From the NCBI GenBank assembly GCA_041178425.1, contig JBEGVH010000030.1, positions 32,001-96,000 of the forward strand: DNA of 64,000 bases, read 5' to 3'. The position numbers and the translations under genes were made by a program. How positions within the stretch are numbered: position 1 is the stretch's first letter; each line of letters starts with the position of its first letter. Below are positions 51,974-62,138 of this stretch, piece by piece. The notes beneath the pieces were generated by a model. The model ran no database searches. It was not told where the DNA came from and saw only the letters and a program-made list of their open reading frames with translations. The DNA comes from Pseudomonadota bacterium (GTDB taxonomy: Bacteria > Bdellovibrionota > Bdellovibrionia > Bdellovibrionales > Bdellovibrionaceae).

Positions 51974-51993
51974 AAAAATCTCCCACTTTCAAT

Positions 51994-52022
51994 AGTTTGG
52001 GTCTGTTCTGGGTGGGTGTCAA
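51994..52022 (-). promoter_or_regulatory. Candidate sigma70 promoter for the FliL-like gene
   Basis: TTGACA-N17-CAAACT on the minus strand. Confidence 0.5.
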
Positions 52023-52109
52023 ATGACGCCTTCAGAGCTACTTTTAGATGCGACATAGGTCCTCACTGGTCTTTAGCATAATGGTCTTTTGTCAGATACC
52101 AAGAAACTC

Positions 52110-52136
52110 TACAGATTTTTAAAAAAAGTCCGATAA
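52110..52136 (+). promoter_or_regulatory. FliA-type promoter for the lipoprotein gene
   Basis: TACA-N15-TCCGATAA. Confidence 0.55.
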
Positions 52137-52185
52137 AAGACTGAAGCCTCCTCGCTCTCGAGGACAAATAAAAGGAGTTTAGCGT

Positions 52186-52836
52186 ATGAGAAAAGGGATT
52201 TTTCTCCTTGTCGCCTTCATATATCTATCCGGTTGTGGACACATGGCTCGCTCCACCCAAAGTGGTTATTACTCAAGCCAAGACTCAAATGAATTTGCAA
52301 GAACCCCTCAAAGCGAGCAGTTCACTCAAGCCAATCTTACCAGGATCCTTGCTGAACAAGGCATGACGGTGGACGACCTTAAAACCGATGAGGGCTTCGT
52401 TAAAGTTCAAAATGCGCTCGAAATTAAAAAACTAGAAGCGCGTATGACCACAGAGCGAGAAAAGAAACAGTATTATAAAACTCTTCCTTGGCTCAAAGAT
52501 GAAAACGAACAGGTCGAATTTTTAAGGCAAGGTGGTTATTTTGCTCGGCAAGCATGGATTCGAAAAAGAGGAATCGGAAAAAGATCCACAGAAATAGACA
52601 AAGCCCAAGAAGATATGGTTGCAACCAAAGATATCTCGGTGGGAATGCCCAACGAATTAGTTCGTCGGAGCTGGGGAGCCCCTGATTCCATTGATGTTGC
52701 CGGTAACCCCATTTACGGTAACGAACGATGGCGATATAAGAGATACACTCCTTCGCCTGACGGTTACCGTCTTCAAAGCCGCATCATCTATTTTGAGTCA
52801 GGAAAGGTCGTTGGCTGGGAACAAGTTGACCACTAA
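52186..52836 (+). CDS. Lipoprotein with C-terminal SmpA/BamE-like domain
   Basis: Lipobox LSGC; ISVGM..ELVRRSWGAP...ERWRY...IYFESGKVVGW. Confidence 0.75.
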   Translation: MRKGIFLLVAFIYLSGCGHMARSTQSGYYSSQDSNEFARTPQSEQFTQANLTRILAEQGMTVDDLKTDEGFVKVQNALEIKKLEARMTTEREKKQYYKTLPWLKDENEQVEFLRQGGYFARQAWIRKRGIGKRSTEIDKAQEDMVATKDISVGMPNELVRRSWGAPDSIDVAGNPIYGNERWRYKRYTPSPDGYRLQSRIIYFESGKVVGWEQVDH

Positions 52837-52907
52837 ATAGGCTACATAAAATAAGATCACACCAATAACTATTGATTCCCGTTCGTTTTCATGGTGAACG
52901 TTCCATC

Positions 52908-54743
52908 GTGACACTCTTACAACTCGTGCAAGGCACTAAGCAATTTGGCTCGAAGCTTCTCTTTGACGGAGCCACCTTTTCTATTAATGAGGGTGAACAT
53001 GTCGGCGTTATTGGCCCCAATGGTGCTGGTAAAACTACTCTTTTTAAAATTTTGGTAGGCAGAGAATCTCTCGACTCTGGTCAAATCGTTAAAACCAATG
53101 GACTTCGTTTAGGATACCTCGAGCAAGAGTCTGATTGGGCTCACCTTGATTTAACCCCCGAAGAGTATTTTAATTCGCGGACTGGTCACGGCTGGCCTAT
53201 TTGGGAAATCAAACAATGGGCTTACCGCCTTGGACTCACAGAAACTATGTTTTCAAAGCGCTTTCGTGAATTTTCTGGTGGATTCCGAATGCGATTCAAA
53301 CTCCTCGACCTCATCAGCCAAGACCCACATTTGATGCTTCTCGATGAACCCACAAACTTTCTCGATCTAGAAACACTTCTTGTTCTTGAGACTTTTTTGC
53401 AAGACTTTAAAGGTGCGTTTCTTTTAATTTCACACGATCGTGAGTTTCTTAAACAAGTAGCCGATCACACACTCGAAGTAGAAGCGGGTGATATTCAGAA
53501 GTTCCCAGGTACCATTGATGATTATTTTGAAACCAAAGAGCAACTGAGAGAAAATCTTGAAAAGCAACAGGCCAATCTCGAGGTTCGACGAAAACACTTG
53601 CAGGACTTCATCGATCGATTCAGAGCGAAAGCAACCAAAGCCAAACAAGCCCAGTCACGGGTTAAAAGACTCGAAAAAATGGAGTCTATCGAAGTTAAAC
53701 CACTCCCTGTGAGAGCTCAAATTCCCATTCCTCCGCCCTCACCCACTGGAAAAGAAATTGTTGCGATTTCAGGTGCCAAAATCGGTTATTCAAAAGAACA
53801 GGCCATTTTGCAAGGAGTGAACCTTCAGCTTCGTCGAGGCGACCACCTCGGGATTGTTGGAGTCAATGGAGCCGGAAAATCTACTTTATTAAAAACGCTT
53901 GCCGGACAGCTTCCTCTTTTTGAAGGTGAATTCAACTTAGGATATCAGGTCAGTTGGAGTTACTACGCCCAGCATTCGGCGGATCAGTTAGGTCTTCAAG
54001 ATACCGTGATGGAAGCTCTCATTAAGGCCGCGCACCCTTCTGTTACCCAACAAGAAGTTTTAAATCTTGCCGGTGCACTCCTTTTTTCGGGTGAAGCCGT
54101 AAACAAAAAAATTCATATCCTTTCAGGGGGAGAAAAATCAAGAGTCGCTCTTGGTCAGGTCTTACTAAAGAAAAGCCCCCTCCTCCTTCTTGATGAACCA
54201 ACCAACCATTTAGACTTTGATACTGTTGAGGCGCTCACTCAGGCTCTTTCCACTTTCGAGGGAAGTCTTGTGGTTGTGAGCCACGACCGATCTTTTATTC
54301 GCCGGGTGGCGAGCAAAATTCTCGAAATTCGCAATGGCCGAGTACAATTCTATCCAGGAACTTATGACGAATATGTTTGGAGCTTGGAGAAAGGCGTTCT
54401 TGCTGAAATTCTGACGGCAAACTCTGGTGGGACCGAGAAAACCGAAACTCCAAATAATCCCAAAGGCACCACAAGCGAGAAAACCGTCTCCTCTTATGAA
54501 GAGCGAAAACGGCTCGAGAGCGAACGCAAAAAAATCGAAAAAGAGTCTCTACGTTTAGAAAAGCTGATGAATGAACTCACCGAGCAGCAGTCTCAACTGA
54601 ATCATCAGTTGAGTTCTGCTCCCTCGTCTGAGATAGCGACCCTTTCAACCCAGCTCACCGATGTCAGCCAAAAACTGGTGGAGGCTGAAGAAAGTTATCT
54701 TTTGGCTCTCGAAAAGCTCGATACTATTCTAAAATCAAAGTGA
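52908..54743 (+). CDS. ABC-F family ATPase
   Basis: Two ABC domains ([16 protein letters not shown]), LLDEPTN twice, SHDR twice, interdomain linker, no TM, coiled-coil tail. Confidence 0.93.
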   Translation: MTLLQLVQGTKQFGSKLLFDGATFSINEGEHVGVIGPNGAGKTTLFKILVGRESLDSGQIVKTNGLRLGYLEQESDWAHLDLTPEEYFNSRTGHGWPIWEIKQWAYRLGLTETMFSKRFREFSGGFRMRFKLLDLISQDPHLMLLDEPTNFLDLETLLVLETFLQDFKGAFLLISHDREFLKQVADHTLEVEAGDIQKFPGTIDDYFETKEQLRENLEKQQANLEVRRKHLQDFIDRFRAKATKAKQAQSRVKRLEKMESIEVKPLPVRAQIPIPPPSPTGKEIVAISGAKIGYSKEQAILQGVNLQLRRGDHLGIVGVNGAGKSTLLKTLAGQLPLFEGEFNLGYQVSWSYYAQHSADQLGLQDTVMEALIKAAHPSVTQQEVLNLAGALLFSGEAVNKKIHILSGGEKSRVALGQVLLKKSPLLLLDEPTNHLDFDTVEALTQALSTFEGSLVVVSHDRSFIRRVASKILEIRNGRVQFYPGTYDEYVWSLEKGVLAEILTANSGGTEKTETPNNPKGTTSEKTVSSYEERKRLESERKKIEKESLRLEKLMNELTEQQSQLNHQLSSAPSSEIATLSTQLTDVSQKLVEAEESYLLALEKLDTILKSK

Positions 54744-54762
54744 TCGCCGCAAAAGCGGCTTA

Positions 54763-57324
54763 TCAATGGGCGGCATCCCAATTAGAGCCGATACCACCAT
54801 TCACTTTGAGCGGCACTTTTAATTGAACAACAGTTTCCATTCGCTCAACGAGGATGGCCATCAAGTCTGAGGCTTTTTCTTGATCACACTCAAAAAGCAA
54901 TTCATCGTGCACTTGGAGAAGCATCGTGGCCTCATTGACATCAGCTACCGCCAACATAGCTTTTTTCACAATATCACTCGCCGCACTTTGAACCGGAGCA
55001 TTGATAGCCGCGCGCTCTCCGAACTTTCTCACCATAGCATTGTTCGCTTTCAACTCGCGAAGAATTCTCTTGCGACCAAAAATATTTGTCACAAAGCCAT
55101 GCTTCTTAGCTTCAGCGATGGTGTGTTCCATGTAGTCCTGAACGCGATGAAACCTAGTAAAGTAGCGTTTAATGATATCTTGGGCTTCGGTGCGACTGAT
55201 GCCAAGGTTTTCTGCGAGGCCGTAGGCCCCTTGACCGTAGGCAATACCGAAGTTGATGGCCTTTGCTGTTCTTCTCATATCAGAAGTTACATCTTTTATC
55301 GCCACCTCAAAAACTTCGCTCGCCGTGGCCGCATGGATGTCTTGCCCCTCAGAAAATGCCCTACAGAGTCCTGGATCATCAGACAAGTGCGCTAAAACTC
55401 TCAACTCAATCTGCGAATAATCTAGCGACAACAATCGTCGCCCGGAAGGGGCGATAAATGCTTGGCGTATCGCATGTCCGCGAGGCGTTCTAATAGGAAT
55501 ATTCTGTAAATTCGGTTGTGTCGAAGACAGCCGGCCTGTCGTTGTGAGAGCTTGATTAAAATGAGTGTGTATACGATGAGTTCCCGGATCGACAAGAACA
55601 GGAAGCGCATCAACATAGGTCGATTTGAGCTTTGATAACTCCCTGAATTCCAATACCAGAGGCACCATAGGATGAACCTCTTTGAGCTTATCTAAAACCT
55701 CATTATCTGTTGAATAACCAGTTTTTGTTTTTTTACCAGCCGGAAGGCCCAACTTTTCAAAGAGAATGTTAGCCAATTGCTTTGGCGAAGCAATATTAAA
55801 CGAGCTCCCTGCCAATTCGCAAATTTTCTGCTCTAGCTTTTGAATTTCTAGTGCTAGCCCATCACTTTGCTCCAGCAACATTGAAAGATTAAGGAGTATG
55901 CCTGCTTGTTCCATGCCTAGAAGTATGGGTGCAATGGGCAACTCAATCTCGTTGAGTAGCTGATGAAACTGATTGTGCTCAATCTCTAATAACAGCTTGT
56001 GATGAAGCTCCTTATGAAAGGCATATTCTTCTGAGGGAGTACAAAAAGGAGGAACATTCTTGAGTAAAAATTCCGAAACGGTCTCAGCAAAAGTACCCAC
56101 CTGATCAGTCTTTATGAGATAGGCCGCCAACTGGGAATCCCAGGCGATTCGTGGCTTTAAAATTCCCATATCACGCCAGAACGATTTGAGATCAAATCCG
56201 GAATACTCAAGATTCTTCTCTGAAAGTATTTGGCCCCAATCCTTTAAATCGGAGTTAAAGATCCAAATATTTTCCTCATGCACCAGGTAATGGGCTCGGT
56301 CATTACTAAAACACCACACCTTACTTTGGGCAGGCAATAACTGACTGAGTTCAACCTTATTCGGTGTTAATTCGTTGAGTTTCGGAACCGGCTCAGAACT
56401 CACACTTTGAGAACCAAGGGTCGGAGCCTCGAGCGGTATACCAAGTTCATCATGAGTTGGAGTGTCTATGAGCTTTTGATTTAATAAGGTTTTTTCAAAA
56501 GTTTTAAAATTTAATTCTCGAAGCAAACTTCCAAGTTCATCCTGTTTTGGCTGACCGGGTTTAAGGGCCTCTAAATTATCTGCCAATGGAACATTAGTTA
56601 CGATAGTCACCAAATGTTGAGACAAATACGCCATCTCTTTATTCGTGAGAAGCTTTTCACGAAGACTTGCGCTTTTGATAGAATCAATATTCTGATAAAT
56701 CCCATCAAGAGTGCCAAAATCTCCGAGCAATTTTTCGGCGGTTTTTGGACCAATCCCCGCAACTCCCGGAACATTATCTGAAGCATCACCAATAAGTGCT
56801 AAGTAATCGATGAATTGATCAGGACGAATTCCCCATTTTGCCTTTACGCCATCAACATCAATTCGTGCGTCTTTCATCGTATCCAAGAGAATCACTCCAG
56901 GTCGCACTAATTGACCGAAGTCTTTATCTCCACTCACGATGACCACCTGACAATGGTGTTTGTGCCCCATCTCTGCGAGCGTGCCTATGAGATCATCGGC
57001 CTCATAACCCTGAACCTCGAAGGCCGGAATACTCATCGCCTCAACTAATTTTTTAATATAAGGAATCTGTGGAATGAGATCGGGAGGAGTTTCGGTCCGA
57101 TGAGCTTTATACTCGGGATAAATCTCTTTTCGAAAAGAGGGCGTTGGCAAGTCGTAGCAAAAAGCCAAATAATCGGGCTTTTCGTCTTTGAGAAGCTTCA
57201 CAATCATCGAAGTAAAACCATAAATCGCGTTGGTCGGCATTCCCGATGGCGACGTTAGGGACCGAACGGCGTAAAAGGCACGAAAAAACATTGAACTAAC
57301 ATCAACCAAATAGAGTTTTTTCAT
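54763..57324 (-). CDS. polA: DNA polymerase I
   Basis: 5'-3' exonuclease (YEADD, SGDKD, GDASDNVPGV); TGRLSS, DYSQIELR, AKAINFGIAYG, VHDE. Confidence 0.98.
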   Translation of the reverse strand: MKKLYLVDVSSMFFRAFYAVRSLTSPSGMPTNAIYGFTSMIVKLLKDEKPDYLAFCYDLPTPSFRKEIYPEYKAHRTETPPDLIPQIPYIKKLVEAMSIPAFEVQGYEADDLIGTLAEMGHKHHCQVVIVSGDKDFGQLVRPGVILLDTMKDARIDVDGVKAKWGIRPDQFIDYLALIGDASDNVPGVAGIGPKTAEKLLGDFGTLDGIYQNIDSIKSASLREKLLTNKEMAYLSQHLVTIVTNVPLADNLEALKPGQPKQDELGSLLRELNFKTFEKTLLNQKLIDTPTHDELGIPLEAPTLGSQSVSSEPVPKLNELTPNKVELSQLLPAQSKVWCFSNDRAHYLVHEENIWIFNSDLKDWGQILSEKNLEYSGFDLKSFWRDMGILKPRIAWDSQLAAYLIKTDQVGTFAETVSEFLLKNVPPFCTPSEEYAFHKELHHKLLLEIEHNQFHQLLNEIELPIAPILLGMEQAGILLNLSMLLEQSDGLALEIQKLEQKICELAGSSFNIASPKQLANILFEKLGLPAGKKTKTGYSTDNEVLDKLKEVHPMVPLVLEFRELSKLKSTYVDALPVLVDPGTHRIHTHFNQALTTTGRLSSTQPNLQNIPIRTPRGHAIRQAFIAPSGRRLLSLDYSQIELRVLAHLSDDPGLCRAFSEGQDIHAATASEVFEVAIKDVTSDMRRTAKAINFGIAYGQGAYGLAENLGISRTEAQDIIKRYFTRFHRVQDYMEHTIAEAKKHGFVTNIFGRKRILRELKANNAMVRKFGERAAINAPVQSAASDIVKKAMLAVADVNEATMLLQVHDELLFECDQEKASDLMAILVERMETVVQLKVPLKVNGGIGSNWDAAH

Positions 57325-57413
57325 AGTAAATCCTGAAGAAATTTAATTAAAACCAACCCTAATTCGCCCTTCATTCCCTAGCAAGCGGAAAATAAGGCTG
57401 CCGTGACGAACTG

Positions 57414-60400
57414 TTACAGATTTGGAGCAAGCCATCGACGATTGAACTCTCGCTCAGAATGACTTTGTTCGCCAAAACTAGTGAGCTGATCTTCGCCTAT
57501 TCTGCCAACATGAAAGTATTTTGCCTTGGGATGAGAAAAGTAAAATCCACTCACAGAGCTAGGAGGATAGATAGCACAAGACTCAGTGAGCGTTGCACCA
57601 ATAGAAGATTCCACCTGAAGAAGCTTCCATATTTTTTGTTTATGGCGATGATCTGGGCAGGCAGGATAACCTGGCGCCGGACGAATGCCCCGATATTTCT
57701 CACTAATCAAATCGTCGTTGGAGAGGTTTTCTCCTACTCCATAGCCCCAATGCTCACGCGCCTTCTTGTGCATATACTCCGTTGCCGCCTCCGCCAAGCG
57801 ATCACCAAGCGCTTTTACCATGAGAGCTTTATAAGTATCGCCTTCTCGTTCGTAGGTCTTGGCTAGGTCTTCTACTTCAGCGCCGACCGTCACCGCAAAT
57901 GCACCAAGAAAATCAATTTTTTCGCTCTCAGCAGGAACAATAAAATCAGCCAGACTGTAACAGATTTCTTTTTCTTTTTGTTGCCTTAAAAAAGTAAACT
58001 CTTCAATCGATGGTTCTTTAGTTTTATCCCAAAGATAAATTGTTTCCCGGTTTGAATACGCTTTCCAGAACCCGAGGACTGCTTTTGGTTTAAAGAGCTC
58101 GCCATCAGCAATTTCATTGAGAAGCACCAGGGCCTCCTCATGCAGTTTTTTTGCTTCTGCTCCACGATCTGGATGTTGAAGCAAATAGGGATAGACCCCT
58201 TTTAGTTCCCATGCCCAAAAAAATGGAGACCAATCGATATAGGGAATTAACGACTTCACCGATAGATCTTCGTACCTTTTGATGCCTAAAAAATCAGGCG
58301 TAGGAGGCAAATAAGAAACATCATCACCTATAAAGCGGCGGTCTCGGGCTTGTTCAATAGTTAACAAAGGCTCTGCCTCGAGTTTTGATTTTTCAAACGA
58401 CTCTCTAATGAGATTTTGGCGGGCCTTCAAATTTTCGATATATTCTTTTCGAGTGTCGATCTTACTGAGCTGATTACAAACATCCACCACAAGCGATGCA
58501 TCGGCGACGTGAACAACAGGCCCCGAATAATGTGGAGCAATTTTAACGGCCGTATGCACTGAACTGGTTGTGGCTCCGCCTATTAAGAGGGGAATTTTTA
58601 AATTACTTTTTTCTAATTGTGAAGCATTGTGAATCATCTCTTCGAGCGAGGGCGTAATCAAACCGCTCAGTCCAATAAAGTCAGCCTCGTTCTTTTGAGC
58701 CTCAGCAATAATTTTATCCCAAGAAACCATCACACCAAGATCAATTACGCGGTAACCGTTACAGGCGAGAACAACCGAAACAATGTTTTTACCAATATCG
58801 TGAACATCACCTTTCACAGTCGCAATTAGAAAAGTTCCCTGCTTTTGTTGTGCACTCTCGGCCTTGGCTTTTTCCATGAGGGGCTCCAACACCCCAACGG
58901 CTTTTTTCATGACTCTTGCTGTTTTTACCACTTGAGGTAAAAACATTTTACCCGCCCCGAACAAGGCCCCAACGGCCTTCATTCCTTCCATCAATGGGCC
59001 TTCGATCACACTCAATGGGGTCTTATATTTTTCGAGGGCCTCCAACACATCCTCATTGATGTGGGCATCGATTCCCTTAATGAGAGCCAAACGTAATCGT
59101 TCTTCAACAGCAGCAAAGCGCCATTGACTTGATTCTTCAGGAGCAGAATCTTTTTTCTCTAACGGCCTATGGGTCTGCGCCCATGCCAATAAGTCTTCGG
59201 TGGCACGAGGTGAACGATTAAGGACTAAATTCTCGATTTTATTTCGCAGCTCGGAATCGAGTTGATCGTAGATACCGAGCATTCCAGCATTGACGATCCC
59301 CATATCTAGTCCATTTTGGATGCCATAATAGAGAAACACACAGTGCATGGCCTCGCGAATATGATTTTGCCCGCGAAACGAAAAAGAAACGTTGGAAATT
59401 CCACCACTAGTGAGAGCGCCCGGGCAACAGCTCTTAATTTGTGCCACGGCCTCAATAAAATTCAGAGCGTAGTTGTTGTGCTCTTCAATTCCAGTGCCGA
59501 TGGTGAGAACATTGGGATCAAAAATTAAATCGCAAGGATCAAAACCCAATTCATCGACCCAGATTTTGTAAACACGTTCGCAAATGGAGACTTTGTGCTC
59601 AAGCTCTACCGCTTGGCCTTGCTCATCAAAGGCCATAACAACGGCCGCAGCACCAAATTTTTGCAAGATGCGAGCCTGTTTTTTAAAGGCCTCAACACCC
59701 TCCTTTAAACTGAGACTGTTGACGATCCCTTTACCTTGCAAACATTTAAGGCCCGTCTCAAGAACAGACCATTTTGAGCTGTCGATCATTATTGGAACCC
59801 TTGTGATATCGGGCTCTGCGGCAACAAGTTTTAAAAATCTCTCCATCGAGGCCTCACTATCGATAAGGCCTTCGTCAAAATTAATATCGATAATGTTGGC
59901 GCCATTCAGAACCTGTTGCCGAGCCACCTCAATGGCAGCCTCAAAGTTCCCCTCTTTAATATATCGGGCAAAAACGGGCGATCCCGTCACATTCGTGCGC
60001 TCACCCACCATCAGAAAAGTTTTGTCGCCATAAGAGCTGATATTCAATGACTCAAGCCCTGCCAATCTCGTCTGACTTGCAAGCAAAGGAATAGCTCTTG
60101 GCACTACAGGGGCTAATTCTTCAACAATTCTTTTGATATGTGGAGGCGTTGTACCACAACAACCACCTACGATATTGAGCCAACCCTCTTTGGCAAAATC
60201 CAACAGAGTTGTGGCAAGCATCTCCGGCGTTTCATCGTAACCGGTAGGGCTCAAAGGATTAGGTAAACCAGCGTTTGGATAACAGCTCACATAGCAATCG
60301 GCAATTTTTGAGAGCTCCGCTAAAAAGGGCCGCATTTCTTTTGCACCCAAAGCACAATTCATTCCCACCGCAAGTGGCTTTGCATGCCGTACGCTATTCC

Positions 60401-61091
60401 AAAAAGCTTCGACGGTTTGCCCTGAAAGAGTTCGCCCGGATTGATCAGTGATGGTGACAGACAAAATTAGATCTTTATGGATGCCAGTGTCTTCTTCGAA
60501 TTTTTTAATCGCATAGATACAGGCCTTCATATTTAAGGTATCAAAACTTGTTTCAGGCAGCAGAAGATCAACTCCGCCCGCTACGAGCGCCGCCACTTGG
60601 TCGTAATAGTTTTTAACCATTTCATCAAAGCTGACCTCACGAAAACCGGGATCAGTCACCTTGGGCGAAAGCGACAGCGTCTTATTTGTTGGCCCAATGG
60701 CTCCCGCCACAAAGCAAGGGCGGGAGTGACTCTTCTGATACTCAAGCACCGCCTCCTTCGCCAATCGTGCTGAATTAAAATTCATCTCATAGACATGGTC
60801 TTGCAAACCGTAATCCGATTGGGAAATAACAGTTCCATTAAAACTATTAGTCTCAATAATATCAGCTCCAGCTTCGAGATAACGGCGATGAATTTCTTTT
60901 ATGAGCTCTGGGCGGGTGATACAGAGAAGATCATTGTTACCCTTGAGATCGCTGGGGTGATTCGCGAAGCGATCTCCTCGATAATCGGATTCCTTTAACT
61001 GATAGGTTTGCACCATGGTACCAAAAGCACCATCAAGAAAAACGATGCGGTTTTTGAGAAGTTCTCGGAGACCTGAATTTTTAGAGTTCAT
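57414..61091 (-). CDS. metH: Cobalamin-dependent methionine synthase
   Basis: GADIIETN, GGCCGT, GERTNVTGS, GDVHDIGKN, RPAPGYPACP. Confidence 0.98.
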   Translation of the reverse strand: MNSKNSGLRELLKNRIVFLDGAFGTMVQTYQLKESDYRGDRFANHPSDLKGNNDLLCITRPELIKEIHRRYLEAGADIIETNSFNGTVISQSDYGLQDHVYEMNFNSARLAKEAVLEYQKSHSRPCFVAGAIGPTNKTLSLSPKVTDPGFREVSFDEMVKNYYDQVAALVAGGVDLLLPETSFDTLNMKACIYAIKKFEEDTGIHKDLILSVTITDQSGRTLSGQTVEAFWNSVRHAKPLAVGMNCALGAKEMRPFLAELSKIADCYVSCYPNAGLPNPLSPTGYDETPEMLATTLLDFAKEGWLNIVGGCCGTTPPHIKRIVEELAPVVPRAIPLLASQTRLAGLESLNISSYGDKTFLMVGERTNVTGSPVFARYIKEGNFEAAIEVARQQVLNGANIIDINFDEGLIDSEASMERFLKLVAAEPDITRVPIMIDSSKWSVLETGLKCLQGKGIVNSLSLKEGVEAFKKQARILQKFGAAAVVMAFDEQGQAVELEHKVSICERVYKIWVDELGFDPCDLIFDPNVLTIGTGIEEHNNYALNFIEAVAQIKSCCPGALTSGGISNVSFSFRGQNHIREAMHCVFLYYGIQNGLDMGIVNAGMLGIYDQLDSELRNKIENLVLNRSPRATEDLLAWAQTHRPLEKKDSAPEESSQWRFAAVEERLRLALIKGIDAHINEDVLEALEKYKTPLSVIEGPLMEGMKAVGALFGAGKMFLPQVVKTARVMKKAVGVLEPLMEKAKAESAQQKQGTFLIATVKGDVHDIGKNIVSVVLACNGYRVIDLGVMVSWDKIIAEAQKNEADFIGLSGLITPSLEEMIHNASQLEKSNLKIPLLIGGATTSSVHTAVKIAPHYSGPVVHVADASLVVDVCNQLSKIDTRKEYIENLKARQNLIRESFEKSKLEAEPLLTIEQARDRRFIGDDVSYLPPTPDFLGIKRYEDLSVKSLIPYIDWSPFFWAWELKGVYPYLLQHPDRGAEAKKLHEEALVLLNEIADGELFKPKAVLGFWKAYSNRETIYLWDKTKEPSIEEFTFLRQQKEKEICYSLADFIVPAESEKIDFLGAFAVTVGAEVEDLAKTYEREGDTYKALMVKALGDRLAEAATEYMHKKAREHWGYGVGENLSNDDLISEKYRGIRPAPGYPACPDHRHKQKIWKLLQVESSIGATLTESCAIYPPSSVSGFYFSHPKAKYFHVGRIGEDQLTSFGEQSHSEREFNRRWLAPNL

Positions 61092-61093
61092 TT

Positions 61094-62041
61094 TTAAAGA
61101 CCTAACTTTTTTATCACTTCAACAACGTGCTTAGCATCATTCATAACGTAAAAATGCAGAACAGGAGCCCCCGCCTCTAAGAGTTCTCGGCACTGTTTGA
61201 GACAATGGCGTTGTCCGATCTCCAAAGTGTGCCGAGGATTCGCCAAAATTTCTTCGGTGAGATCAACTGGAAGGTCGACATTAAATGTTTTTGGAATTCT
61301 CTTTAGCTGAGCGGGAGAATGCAAGAGTTTAAGGCCCGGCACAATGGGAACACTAATACCTGCTTCATCACAAGCTTTCTTGAAGCTTAAATAGTGTCTT
61401 GTTTCAAAAAACATTTGAGTCACAATATATTGAGCTCCTCGATCAACCTTCTCTTTGAGGTACATAATGTCCGTAGATAAATTAGGAGCTTCGATATGTT
61501 TCTCTGGATACCCTGCAACTCCCACGCAGAAATCGATGGGATTGGAGCTCTCCAGATCTTGCAAGTACTTACCTCGTCGCAAGTCAGCTAGCTGCTCTAC
61601 TAAATCGGCCGCATAATTGTTTGCCGATCGATCGGCTGAAATTCTTTTGACGTAATTGGGAGAATCACCACGAAGAGCAAGAACATTTTCAACCCCTAGA
61701 TATTGAAGCTCAATCAAAGCGTCTTCTGTTTCTTCTTTTGTAAAACCCTGGCACAAAATGTGCGCAACAGTGTCAATTTTGAATCGATTTTGAATAACTC
61801 CACAAATACCGATTGTGCCCGGTCGTTTGCGCGAGATACGGCGCTGAAAAATACCATCTCCTTGATCAAAGAGGTCAGCATGCGAGGCGTGGGCCGTTAC
61901 ATCGATCCAAGAGGGGTTGAGTGGAAGCAAGTCTTCCACAATGTCTATGATGTCTTTCACCGTTTTTCCACGCGCAGGAGGAACAATTTCAAAACTCAAG
62001 AGTGGACGCTTTGATTGGTTTAAATGCTCGATGACCTTCAT
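61094..62041 (-). CDS. metF: 5,10-methylenetetrahydrofolate reductase
   Basis: SFEIVPP, VLALRGD, VAGYPEKH, VTQMFF, LHFYVMN; upstream of metH. Confidence 0.93.
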   Translation of the reverse strand: MKVIEHLNQSKRPLLSFEIVPPARGKTVKDIIDIVEDLLPLNPSWIDVTAHASHADLFDQGDGIFQRRISRKRPGTIGICGVIQNRFKIDTVAHILCQGFTKEETEDALIELQYLGVENVLALRGDSPNYVKRISADRSANNYAADLVEQLADLRRGKYLQDLESSNPIDFCVGVAGYPEKHIEAPNLSTDIMYLKEKVDRGAQYIVTQMFFETRHYLSFKKACDEAGISVPIVPGLKLLHSPAQLKRIPKTFNVDLPVDLTEEILANPRHTLEIGQRHCLKQCRELLEAGAPVLHFYVMNDAKHVVEVIKKLGL

Positions 62042-62045
62042 TCAT

Positions 62046-62088
62046 AGACCTCTTCTCTTGGGCGGTTCTACCCAAGAATAACGGGTCT
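62046..62088 (-). promoter_or_regulatory. Hairpin overlapping the metF ribosome-binding site
   Basis: Minus strand AGACC...TCTTGGG-loop-CCCAAGA-gaaga-GGTCT; SD AAGAGG lies in the 3' arm. Confidence 0.45.
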
Positions 62089-62138
62089 GTAACCAAAAAT
62101 TGAAGCATTTTCCAATGTTCAGAAAACGCCTCTTATGG

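Noticed and set aside
51856..52056. 66-aa ORF with an SD that one extra T in the T7 run would fuse to the FliL-like gene (possible frameshift or phase variation)
   Set aside because: The FliL-like gene has its own TTGACA-N17-CAAACT promoter and SD at the TTG, so no frameshift is needed; not fully excluded without read data
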